DNA of 64,000 bases from Vicugna vicugna (lineage: Eukaryota). Under the pieces are notes generated by a model. It was not told the DNA's origin, ran no database searches, and saw nothing but the letters and a program-made list of their open reading frames with translations. The stretch covers positions 1,736,001 through 1,800,000 of the forward strand of contig MU063499.1 in assembly GCA_013265495.1 (NCBI GenBank). Direction: 5' to 3'. Both the position numbers and the translations under genes were made by a program. Positions 1-10,569 of the stretch are shown here, in pieces; position 1 is the stretch's first letter, and every line of letters starts with the position of its first letter.

Positions 1-1565
1 ACATGGGCTCATGGCCAAGGGGGAGTTGGAGGAGGGGGATGGGACTAGGGAGGAGCCCCCAAGGAGAAAATTCATCAAATCTATACATTTAACTCCTCAC
101 CAGGATTCTGTAAGATAAGAATTCATGACTGGCTCAAGTTATGCAGGGTGCCTGGCTCTGGAACCACCTATATGTAGCAGGACACCAGTGTCCCCTGCAA
201 ACCCAGTAGGTGCCACCTAGCAGCTCTTCCCGCTCAGGTCAGGTGATTCCAGGTTCAGTCCTCCCATGGCAGCCTCCCAGTCAAGGCCAGCCTGGCCTTG
301 GTGCAGATGTCATGGCCTCTGAGTGGTGGAGAATGCAGTGCTCCCACCGCCTGCTGCTGCAGGTCCTGCCAGAGAATTATGATAATGAACTAGGTCCCTA
401 GGCTGCCCCACCATCCTCCTGCAGGGCTCAAAGGACCTCTCAGTCACAGCCCCACCTCACAGCCCCCGCCCAGGCACTGAATCTCAGCCCTTCTCAACCC
501 CAGGCCTGGCCTCTAGGGGATGCGCTGGGGGTGCCCTTCTCTGTGACTTGTTGGGGATGGGTGGGTAGCAGGCCTGGGGCTGTGATCAGTCAGATCCAAG
601 GAGTGACCTGAGGACATGAGGGGAGAGGCAAGGGAGAGGAGAGTCTTGGCCAGTTAGGGTTCTCCATTCTTCTGAAGGCAAACAGGTTCTGAGTGGTTAA
701 AAGTCTGCCCCAAGGTCACCCAACCAGAAAGGGAGAACCTTACTTCTCTGTGCCAGCCCTGACATGCTCCCCGGTCCCCTCAGCCAGACTTCAAGGCCAC
801 TGCTGACCCTGGGACCCTGTGATACGAATACTTATGGCAGCTCCCTGGAAGTGTGACTAGGCCCCAACCCAGTCTCAGAATAGGGTCACAACCCTCATGG
901 CCTTCCTGGGGGCCCTGCAGCTTCTTTTTATTCTCTAAATAGGGTAACTATGGCTCCAATGGGCCAGATGTGTGCTCAGGATGCACAGCTGTGCACCGGT
1001 GGTAGGATCACACCAAGTGGCCTGACACTGGAGCAGGCCCCGTACCTCAGCTGTGGGACAGGGATCTGAGGGAGAGGCCCTGTAGGAAAGGACTGGCCTG
1101 AAGGAGAGACAGAAGTCCTGACCAGAAGTTGTCTGTCCACCAACAAGGGACTCAGCAAGCAGGGCCTGGCATTTTGCTCTCCCTTCTCCCCCTTAGCCCT
1201 TCATACCCCTGGCTGCTCACTCACACCTAACATCCCGCTTTCACCTGTGTCCCCACGCCTGCACAATGCCCTTCTCCCCAGGCACACACTCCCCTTTTTT
1301 CCCTACTCTTTCTGGTTGTCAACACTGTGCCTGTCCCTGGGCTGGACGCTAGGTACTGAAGAGGCTGCACCAGATCTGGGCCTGTCCTGGCAGATCCCTT
1401 AGAAGGGCCCTCCAGACTCAGTGTCAAGATAGGGGAGTCTAAGGGGACACCCGCAATCAGAGAGGGCTTACTGGGGGCAAGGACCCCGGCTGAGGCCTCA
1501 GCACCACATTCCCTTACCTAGGTCACAGCCCTGTCTCTGAGCCTCTCCCTGGAGTGGCCAAGAGG

Positions 1566-2515
1566 TTCCAGGAAGCGTCCCCTCGCTCTGCAGAGCCAAT
1601 TCCAAGAACTGAGGCTCCTGGCAGCTCTTGCCCAGGATCCTTTCCTGGAACACAGGCCTCACCCCGCCCCGGCTGCTGGGTCTTATTGGGCAGCTGGTGG
1701 AGGAAGGGAGGGAAGGGGTGCCCTGGGCGGGGCCTCTGGGGTCCAGACACTGAGAGGTGGGCTTAGGCTGTCAGTCTGGAGGGGGTGGCCACACTAGGGT
1801 GGAGGCGGAGGTCAATGTGTGTGAAGGCATTCTGACTCCCTGCCAACAATGGGGGTGGGGGTAGGCCCAGTGTGTTCAGCTCAGAGCCTCCCTGCACACA
1901 CAGGAGACTCACCCTTTAGGCTCAGAACTTGGGCCCAACTTGCTCCATTCCACCCTCCATCCCTCCACCACCACCCCGAAGTCCCATCTAGCAGGCAAAT
2001 GACACGAGCCTTACTTTGGCCCCAGAGCAGGCCTTCATCAGATAACCTCCAGCGGTACAAGCCAGGGGACAGGAGTGGCAAGTTCTGAGCAGGGAAGGGG
2101 AGTGGGATAGTCAGTTCTTGGAAGGACATGACACCTATATTATTAATCTTGTTATAATTTCACCCTGCCTGATTATGACAGAGGAAATCATCTCACCCCA
2201 CACCCTCAGCAAGTTGGGTTGGGTAGGTGGGGTTGGGGGTGACAGGCCCTGATTCGTGGGCAAGGACAGGGCCCAACTTCCCTCAAGGTCACTGGGCCTC
2301 CCCCTCTGGGGCGTGTCCTCCACACACCCGGCTCAGCCTGAGCTGGCACCAGGCCCGCAGACCCGCCTGGGACCTGCCAGATCACATTGAGCAACCAGTT
2401 CCTGAGGAGCGTTGAAGGCTGTTTGGTTTAAAATTAACTCCCCCACTCCCCCCTCCCCTGCCTGCAGGCCTCCTCTGAGTTCTTGGAAGAGGCCTCTGCT
2501 CTTACTTCCTGGGAA
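1566..2515. promoter_or_regulatory. Cluster of STAT5-type GAS sites, candidate CISH downstream enhancer
   Basis: TTCCAGGAA 1566-1574, TTCCAAGAA 1600-1608, TTCCTGGAA 1642-1650, TTCTTGGAA 2115-2123 and TTCTTGGAA 2480-2488 all match TTCYNRGAA. There is also an N4 site TTCCTGGGAA at 2506-2515. Enhancer function is inferred. Confidence 0.7.
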
Positions 2516-3243
2516 GAGGCCTCTAGCCGCAGCTGCTGCGATTCTAGCGAAAACACCTCATCCAGGGTGGGGGCGGGGGTGCCCATGCCACGCCTTCTCT
2601 GCCTTCTACCAGGCCCAGGGATCCTCGTGGAGCCTAGCACTCCCTAGTTCAGTCACTGAGACCCAGAGGAGACGGTGGGGGAGGGGGAGATTACCACAGT
2701 GCTGAGAGGGTGCTACTGCCCCAAAGCTCACAGCCCCGGATCAGGCATCTGCTGGCTCTGAGTAGAGAAAAAGGGCTATAGAAACCCAGCCTGGACTCCT
2801 CTGGCATAGAGAGAGCGTGAGCTGATCACACTGACAGCAAACTCAGGACTTTGGTCTACTTTGAGACATATATGGCCCGGAGAGATAAAGCAATCTGCCC
2901 AGGGTCACCCAGCTTTGCCTGCCTCAGCTCAGCCTGCCCACTAGATGCCAGGGTGACAACACTGACCTGGGCAGGATGCCGAGGAGCCAGCCCCCTTAGG
3001 CACTCACACTGAGGTTAAGAGCTCTCTATTAGGACACTTCTCTTTGTCTCTTACCCACAATCCTCTGCCCTGGGAACCTGTCTTCTTCTGGATAAGCCTT
3101 CGTTTTCCAGTGTCTCCTTGCGCTCTTTGTCTCATGGGCTTTGGAGAAAAGATTTCCTGAGAACCTGCTCTCCTAACAGCTCCTCCTACTCTACCCGAAG
3201 GAGCTGAGAAAAACAAAGGAATGTTGGCCAAGTGGAAAGGTCA

Positions 3244-3283
3244 ACACGCGCGTGTGTACATACACACACACACACACACACAC
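3244..3283. repeat. (CA)n microsatellite within a 40-bp perfect purine-pyrimidine alternation
   Basis: ACACGCGCGTGTGTACATACACAC...CAC read directly. Confidence 0.95.
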
Positions 3284-3819
3284 TGTTGTTGCTCAAAAGT
3301 AGGACTGGTGGCGGTAGGGAGCAGAGAGGGGCTTCTTTGGAGAGGGCTGAGAGGTTAGGGGCACTTTTAGAACAAAGGTTTGGCTCAATCCAGACTATGA
3401 GTGAAATCCTCACTCCTGATGGAGGAGGAGCCCAGCTCTGGTGACAAGAATGGCACAGTCTGGCTCCTTGGTGCTGGGTGTGGGGCGAGTCACTCCCTCT
3501 CCAGCCACACCATTGGATTGTAGGTCTCCCTAGTGGGGGCTGTGCAAATGAACAATCCTAGAGGACTGCCTGGAGGAGTTGTGGAAGTCTCAAGTTCCCT
3601 CAGCCCTCAGAGTCCACTTCTTGTGCTCTGGGCCTTGCCTGCTTCAGCCAGGCCTGGGTCATGGAAGCAACTGTCTTTCCATTGAGCATAAAGCTTTGGC
3701 CACACAAAAAGCCTCCTTCTTTGGGTCTGCTGCATCTCCTGCTTAGAGATGAACATCAGCTTCTACTCATTCCGTATTTCCCCAAAGCCAGGCATGGCTA
3801 CTCTCCAACCACTCTGTGG

Positions 3820-3950
3820 CATGGGCACTACCACTATTTCTGTTTGACAGATGGGGAAACTGAGGCTCCAAGAGGTTATCCGCCTGTGATCCCAGGGTGA
3901 TTTTGAAGGGGCTGAAATTTGAACTCTGCCTGAGTTCTTTCCACTTGGCT
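3820..3950 (-). mobile_element. MIR SINE fragment
   Basis: MIR core GACAGATGGGGAAACTGAGGCTC at about 3847-3869; boundaries approximate. Confidence 0.75.
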
Positions 3951-3994
3951 GATTTGCCTCTTCAAAGACATCCCCAGGGAACTTTCATGGGAAG

Positions 3995-3995
<1 letters not shown>

Positions 3996-4036
<41 letters not shown>

Positions 4037-4054
4037 CAGACAGACAGACAGACA
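3996..4054 (+). repeat. Compound microsatellite (TG)15(AG)5(ACAG)4
   Basis: Read directly from sequence. Confidence 0.95.
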
Positions 4055-4189
4055 AAGAGAAAGGGAGAAAAAGGGAAATAGAGAAATTTAGCCAAAGAAT
4101 GGCTGTTTTGAACCTATTATAGAAAGTATGTTTTCTCCTCCCCAGGCTGGAGAGACCTGAGAAAACTCAAATTCCAGGGAGATTCCCTA

Positions 4190-4800
4190 GGATGCAGTGG
4201 GTGCCTAACACAGGCATGAATAAGTACTGGAGAAGTTAAGGAAGACTTCTCAGAAAAAGAGCATTTGAGTTTGGTTTTGAAGGGTGAGTAAGAGTTTGTC
4301 CTGGCAGAAGTGAGGAAGAAGGATATTCCAGGATGAATGATAGAGTTGGAGGGCTGTTTGGAGGAAACCAGAATGGAATGGCTTGGCAGTTTGAGAAGCC
4401 ATATCTTGGAGCCTAGGGTGAGACATGGGCGAGGTATGAGGGGAGCCTGTGAATATCACTAAGTGGGGAAGGCTGGACAAGATTGGGTTTGCAAGCCCCT
4501 CACTCTGAAGACGGTGGTAGGGCTGAAGGGGCCGATGAGGAGGCCATCAGGATGGTCCAGTCAGGTGAGTGACCAATGGTAAGGCTAGATCTGGGCAAAG
4601 CAGCCAGCAGGAGCAGCAAAAGGATAGCTTGAGAGGGATGAGGGGCAAAGGAGAGGGACTTGGAAATCAACAGGCTAGGGAGTTGAATGTGAGGGTTATC
4701 TCCAAGATGGGAGGAGAGTGGAGGCATGTCTAGAGGGCAGTGAAGAGTCCAGGTCTGGACAAAGGGAGTCTGGGGGACCTTGAACCAGGCCATTCAAGTT
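4190..4800 (-). mobile_element. L2 LINE relic
   Basis: Purine-rich antisense-L2-like text (GAAGACTTCTCAGAAAAAGAGCATTTGAGTTTGGTTTTGAAGGGTGAGTAAGAGTTT...); recognised by resemblance, not aligned. Confidence 0.6.
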
Positions 4801-6544
4801 GCCAGAAGGCAGCCGACTCAAGTTCAAGAGTTCTAGGGTGGAGGGGGACAAGTCCTGGCCTGGGATTCAAAGCCCTGGGTTCCAACCCCATATGCCTGCT
4901 TCCTTTCTGTGTGTCTGGGTGACTCTGCCTCTCTGGGTCTCAGGCTTGCAGCTTTGAAATAGGACAGACCCAGAGGCACCTACCCAGCTTACCTCCCTCA
5001 CTTATAACTTACCTCTGAGGGCACAGACCACTGAGGGCTGGGAGAGTAACAGGCCTGAGGGAATCCCATCTTCCAGGTGTGGGCAAGGGTAGCAGATGGC
5101 CTAGTCTCTACTGGAGCTACAAGAGAAGTTGCTAGACAGTTCGACTGGCTTAGCCTCCACCCCAGCCCATGCAGAGACCAGACAATAGGTCTATTCACAA
5201 GGACTAGAACCCAAGGCCTTGGTTGGCATATGACGCCTTAGGGTGAAGGGCTGGGCTGGAAGAGAGGGCAGCATCAGAGCTGGTGGGGTGAGGGGCTGCT
5301 TATAGCTATGGAGAGTTCCAGCCAGCTGCCCTGCAGGCCCCATGAGGCCCTCAGGGGCCCACCTGCCTGGCCCACCTCTCAAAGGGGATTAAAACAATGG
5401 ACAAGAAATAGTTACAGTGACAGCTGCCGTGCTGCCAGGTTGAACTATCTCAGACTTTCCTCCGTATCACCTCAAATAAACCCTCCTGGGGCCCCCCTGT
5501 CCCCTCTGAGAGATGTGCTGTCACTGTTTCATAGCTGAGGAATCTTCTGAGGTTCAGTGAGTTTGCGGGAAACCCCCCAAAACCAAGTACACAGAACATG
5601 ATGCACTTGTGTGCATCACTTGAGGGAAGGTGGGGGTAAAAGCAGGATGTGGGGGATGTGCTCACCAGGACTAGACCTTCAGGAATCTCCTCTACCTTGA
5701 GTCTCAGAAGTGGGAGCCCCAGCCTGCTGCCCCAGATTGTCCATTGGAATGACCCCTTGGGCAACTGGCTGTGTGGCCTGCCTAAGCTGGGGAGGGGGCC
5801 CCACACCCTGCAGTCAAAGGTGGGGAGGACACATTCACCAGGAGAGGATGTTGAATTCCTGGCAAAGCTCCAACCTGCTTTATATTAAAACTGGTCTAAC
5901 AGGTTGGCATGAAAGGGCTGCCCAGGCCTGCACGGGCTCCACTTCTTCTGGAGGAAGAGGGCCTTTGTGAGGTCCCCAGAATCCTCCTGTCTTCTTGGTC
6001 AGGACTTATTTCAGGCTCTTTGCCCTTCTACTTCACTGTGGGCCAGGTGTGCAGGGTGGGAGAGTTCCCATCTAAGAGTGGAGCCAGCCCAGCCATGACC
6101 CCTGCCCTATTCAGACCTTTCTTTGGCTCTGATCCAGCAGGATTTGCTCAGTTGGCAGATTAGAAGCTGGACACAGGTACAGGGGCCCTGATGATTCAGG
6201 GAGTGTTAGGACATTCCGTGATCATGAGTAAAGCATCCCAGCAAGACCTTTCATTGATTGACAAGAGAAACCTGGATAGCCTAGTGCCTCTGTCCCAGAG
6301 TCTTTCTAGAGGGACATCGTGAGTTCAAGGTGGGACACCACACAGGATCAATCTCTAAACCCACCTACCCTTGGTCTGGCAGAATCCTCCAGGGCCCAGC
6401 CCCTAGCCCTAACTCCTGCCCCCTCATCCGGAAAGCCCTCCTGAATCATCCCACCCCTTCTGCATGCCCCCAGGGCATTGTGAGTGCCAAGGCTTTAGCA
6501 TGCCAGCCCCTGGGAGGCAGAGCAGAGCAGCAGTTACACAAACA

Positions 6545-6670
6545 ACGTCCTGAGTCAGGGTTTGAACCCCAGCTCTGTCCCTCACAAGCTGTGTGATCCT
6601 GAAAAAGCCACAGTTTCTCTCTCTGAGTCTTACTTACCTCTTCTGCTGTAAATGGGGACAACCTCTGCTG
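6545..6670 (+). mobile_element. MIR SINE fragment
   Basis: GGGTTTGAACCCCAGCTCTGTCCCTCACAAGCTGTGTGATCCTG...TGTAAATGGGGA resembles the MIR consensus. Confidence 0.7.
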
Positions 6671-6739
6671 GTGTGGAAGGCTGCAGTGAGAACTTAATGG
6701 GGCACGAACCCCACCCAGATCACCTAGTTGCAGCCCTCA

Positions 6740-7420
6740 CCTCCTCCACTCTCCACCACACCCTATTCTGCCATATCCCATACCTCTCAACCTCCTTTCT
6801 GGGCTCCAGCCCCCAGGCCCTCATTAGGCCATCCCCATTCAGCTAACAGGTTCACCCCTTAGAAATGAGTATCAGATCATAGCATTTCCTTTCTAAACTC
6901 TGAAGAAATGCTCCACCACACCAGAACACAGTCCATGTGCTCCCTCTGCCTTCTCCACCCATCCTGTCTCTTCAGCTCTCCTGGGCAGCCATCCCAGACT
7001 TCTTACTCCTGATCTTACCAGGTTTGTTCTTGCTTCGGGGCAGTTCCCTGGCAGCTCCTTCCACCTGGATATCCTTTCTCTAAGTTGTCTGCATAACCAG
7101 CTCCTGCTCTTTGTTTGGATGTCCAGGATCAGTGCCACCCTGCTCCAGAGCTTTCCCCAACCCTCTCATTTGCGGCAATGTCCCCACCACCCAAAGCCAC
7201 TCTCTTCCCTGCCCCTTGCTTTGCTTTCATTTCACTCTCAAAACCTGTCCTGAGTGCCCATTTGTCTACTTGTTTATTATCTGTCACCCACCAGCCCATG
7301 AGCCCCACAAGGTTGAGGAATGTGTCCATCTTGTTCCCTGCTGTGACCCCAGGGCCTGGGTGAAGTCTGGCCTAGTTGGTGCCCAAAGAGCACATGCACT
7401 GGGAAAGGATTTAATTGGTA
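6740..7420 (+). mobile_element. L2 LINE 3' relic
   Basis: Pyrimidine-rich text ending in an L2-like 3' region (TTGTTTATTATCTGTC...GAGCCCCACAAGG...CTTGTTCCCTGCTGTGACCCCAGGGCCT). Confidence 0.55.
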
Positions 7421-7959
7421 ATGGGTTACCACCAGTTATTGTTTGTATGTGGTATCTTTCTTCCCAGCCAGTGTGTGCTCCTTTCACCAGCCCAGAACCA
7501 CCCAGGGGTGACTGCAGTGACCAGAGGATTTTCAGCATCTGTTAGTCTGGGTCTCTGACTTGGGGCTGGGGCCCAATGACATGCCTTCCACTAATCCTGT
7601 TCTAGGCAGGCATCACTCACTCCCCTGATAGGTAAACGTGAAAAGAAGACTGAAGCAGAAAAATCTTGCAGATCAGAAGTAGCTGCCAGCTCCTCCTTAG
7701 GCAAGAGCTAGACCCTGGCTTGGGCTAAGGTGAGGATGAGGGGGATAGGACCCTGTTGTCTAGGCCACTGGTTCCAGAGACCTTAGCAGGTCTTGGCAGG
7801 CAGGGACACAGGGATAAAACCAGCATTCAAGAACAGCTTGCCTGAAAGCTGCCCCCCAGCCGCCTGTCTTCGCTGCCTCCTGTAGTGCAGGGACAGGTGG
7901 GTAGTCGGGATCCTGAAGGGTTAGCTCTGTTCTGTGCCTCACCTCCTCAGACAGTCCCC

Positions 7960-8050
7960 TGCCCCCTCTGGGCCTCAGTTTCCTCAACTGTGGAGTATGG
8001 GTAATGTTTAGACACTCCCAGGGTTGTGGTGAACATGACATAAAGTGCAA
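7960..8050 (+). mobile_element. MIR SINE fragment
   Basis: CTGGGCCTCAGTTTCCTCAACTGT core. Confidence 0.65.
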
Positions 8051-9241
8051 AGCCTTTGTCCATTGCCAGCACCCGGCGGGCACCCTGAGACATCTCCCTT
8101 CTGTGGACAACAAAGGGCTTCCTCCTGCTCCAGCAGCTTTTTGTCTGGGCCATGGCACCAGGTGGGAAATAGCCTGCCTTTGACTGCTCTGTGTCCACTA
8201 CCCCACTACTGGTACTTGATCTGGGGGTGGAGCAGACAGAGGGGTCACCTCAGGCATTCTGGGAGTCACCAAGGGGCTGAGATCCAGGCTGAAACAATGA
8301 GGAACCAAAGACATCACTGGCAGGGCCATGGTGACCTGGAGGAGGGCTGCTGCCGGGCCCTGCAGCCAGCAACAAAGTGCCAGGCAGGACATGTGGGCCT
8401 GGGCCCCACTCCCAGTACAGAGAGCCCTCACCCACCTCTCACTCACTCTTACCCAGTAGCAGGTCCTTTCTTGGCCACAAATATCTCCATGCCTTCAAGG
8501 TCCTATGCCTCCATAGTTCTTGCTTTTTATCCTTTCCTGCCTCCTCCTTATCAACATGTCACTCCTCACACCTTCCTGCTTCCAACCTGCCAGCATTTGC
8601 CTCTTCTCAGCTGTAACTTCTAATTGCCTAGAGGCTAAGAAAATAGAAAGGTTAGAACTATTTCTAAACTAAGTGTTAAAAGGCTATGAATGAGGTTCAG
8701 AGGAGCTTTCCTGTGAGGTACTCAAGTAAAGGGGCAGAAAATTTCAGGACATAGTGGGATTCCAGGTGCTGAAGTGCTCCAAGATCAGACCATCAGACAA
8801 TGGAGAGTGTTTACATTTTAGTTGCTCTTCCACCTACTTCTGGTGTCCAGGACCCTGAGTGCGAGAAGAGAGTCCTCAAACCCCAGCCAGCTGGGCCCAA
8901 ACCCCATCACCACACCTCAGGTCAGATTCTGCCAGCTTACTGGCCACCATCCCCAACTCAACTGTCTGCAGCGCTGCACAGAATGACCCTTCCCCAGGCC
9001 TCCTTGTGGTTGGGAATATGAGCTTCCCAGTCATGCCCTGGTGCCTTTGCACTCCCTGTAAAGTGACTGGCCCTGACTTCTCTGACTGTTGGCCTCCTCA
9101 TCTCAAAAGACACTGGCCCCTGGAGCTGTCCATAGCACCCATTCCCCCCAGAATTCTCCACTTTGTCTTTAATTGACATCTCCTGTCTGTACCTCTATCA
9201 GGTCTGATGCTCCTCTGCCACCACCCCAAACCTGGACCCTG

Positions 9242-9269
9242 CCCTAACCCTAACCCTAACCCTAACCCT
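9242..9269 (-). repeat. Interstitial telomere-like repeat (TTAGGG)4
   Basis: Plus strand reads (CCCTAA)4 CCCT from 9242. Confidence 0.97.
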
Positions 9270-9525
9270 GCAGGCAATCCAACTGGCCTTTACCTCCTGC
9301 CTCCCACCCTCCAGAGGGAACAAGAGGGAAGGAGTGGAGAAAGGCCATTCCCTAACCCCTCCACTCTTCAGTGGTCCACTAGCAGGGCTGCTCAGCCACA
9401 TAGGTCTCCGGGCCTCTGCTGACCCAGATATAAAGTGGGGGATAACAATAATAAGATTGAAGGGGACAAACTGTGCAGAACTCAAAAGAGGCCCCACTGA
9501 GGGCTCTGTAAGTGAAAGATACAAT

Positions 9526-9531
9526 TTTATT
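9526..9531 (-). terminator. CISH: CISH polyadenylation signal AATAAA
   Basis: TTTATT on plus, about 1.04 kb past the stop codon, at the end of an AT-rich 3'UTR segment. Confidence 0.8.
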
Positions 9532-10081
9532 GTCGTTACAGAAAAATCAGTGAAAAAAAAAAAGACTACCAAACTGTTTTTCAAAGTAATAATCACTTTA
9601 TAAAGTCTTTTCAGATATGTATTTCTTTTCCTCTCTCACGTGCAGGTACCTTCCTGGGCAGGAAACAGACCCAGAAGAACTGGAGCAGCAGCTCTCAAAG
9701 TAGCATGTCCTCCCCACCAGCCCAGTACCCGCACTCATGCAGGGCCTATGCCCCAGCGAGACCAGCTCTGTGCAGGCAGGGCTCTGCCCTGCGAGGGGGT
9801 GAGCGGCCAGCTCTGTTGGGCTCTAATGCCTTGGCTCCATTTTCTTGTCCATTTGCCCAATCTCCCAAAACAAGGTTGGGGGCAGAAGAGAGTGGACACT
9901 TTCACAAGGGGTGGGGCAGCGCCAGGACATCCAGGACTGCCTTGGGTCCAGCAACACATCTCAGAATGGGGCTCTCCACCAGGAGGAGCTGGAGAAGCTG
10001 GGGCAGGGCTGGGGTCTCTGGAGCACTCAGGGCTCAGGGCAGAGAGGTATGGTTGGCTCACGCTGAGATCAACCCAAGGAG

Positions 10082-10097
10082 AATAAATAAATAAATA
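10082..10097 (-). promoter_or_regulatory. CISH: AU-rich element with three overlapping AUUUA
   Basis: mRNA sense reads UAUUUAUUUAUUUAUU. Confidence 0.8.
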
Positions 10098-10569
10098 CTG
10101 TATAACTGTGCAGTCCTTCAGCCTGGCCTGCTCTCCCATCAGGGGACTGTCACTGTTGACCTCAGTTCCTCTGGCTCCCATCCTCCCTGAGACAGAGGCT
10201 GGCTGGAAGGAGGGGGCCTGCCCCACTCTGTGGACTGAGAAACCAGGGCCAGCCAAGTCTATGCAGTTCAGGAGGCCACAGTAGGGAAGTGGGAGCCTGG
10301 GCCCAGCCCACAGGGTGAAACGAGGTCCTGCCTGTCTCCCTGTCTTCTGACAGATGGCCCACCACAATGGCTGCTGACCTCCAAGTCATGTGACACTTCC
10401 CCCTACCCCTGGCCCCAAGCTTTGCTCCTGCTGACTCTTCCTGGTCCAGCTGCCAGATGCATGCAGGCACCAGGATGACTGGAGGAGGGATAGTGGGAGC
10501 CCAAGTCCAGCTAGGGCCGGCATCCCCTCTAGGATCTGGCTGGGTGAGGCTAGGCGATGCCTGGACAGG

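Larger units (their letters stand above)
9506..10569 (-). other. CISH: CISH 3'UTR (end approximate)
   Basis: Lies between the TGA stop (10572-10570) and the AATAAA; contains an ARE and a U10 tract. Confidence 0.75.

Noticed and set aside
5593-5607. Glucocorticoid response element AGAACAtgaTGCACT
   Set aside because: The second half-site has two mismatches; weak.
10044-10049. let-7/miR-98 site in the CISH 3'UTR
   Set aside because: Only a 6mer (TACCTC) without m8 or A1 match here; too weak to call.
9735-10367. 210-aa minus-strand ORF and other ORFs in the CISH 3'UTR
   Set aside because: UTR sequence with no domain-like content; chance ORF in GC-rich DNA.
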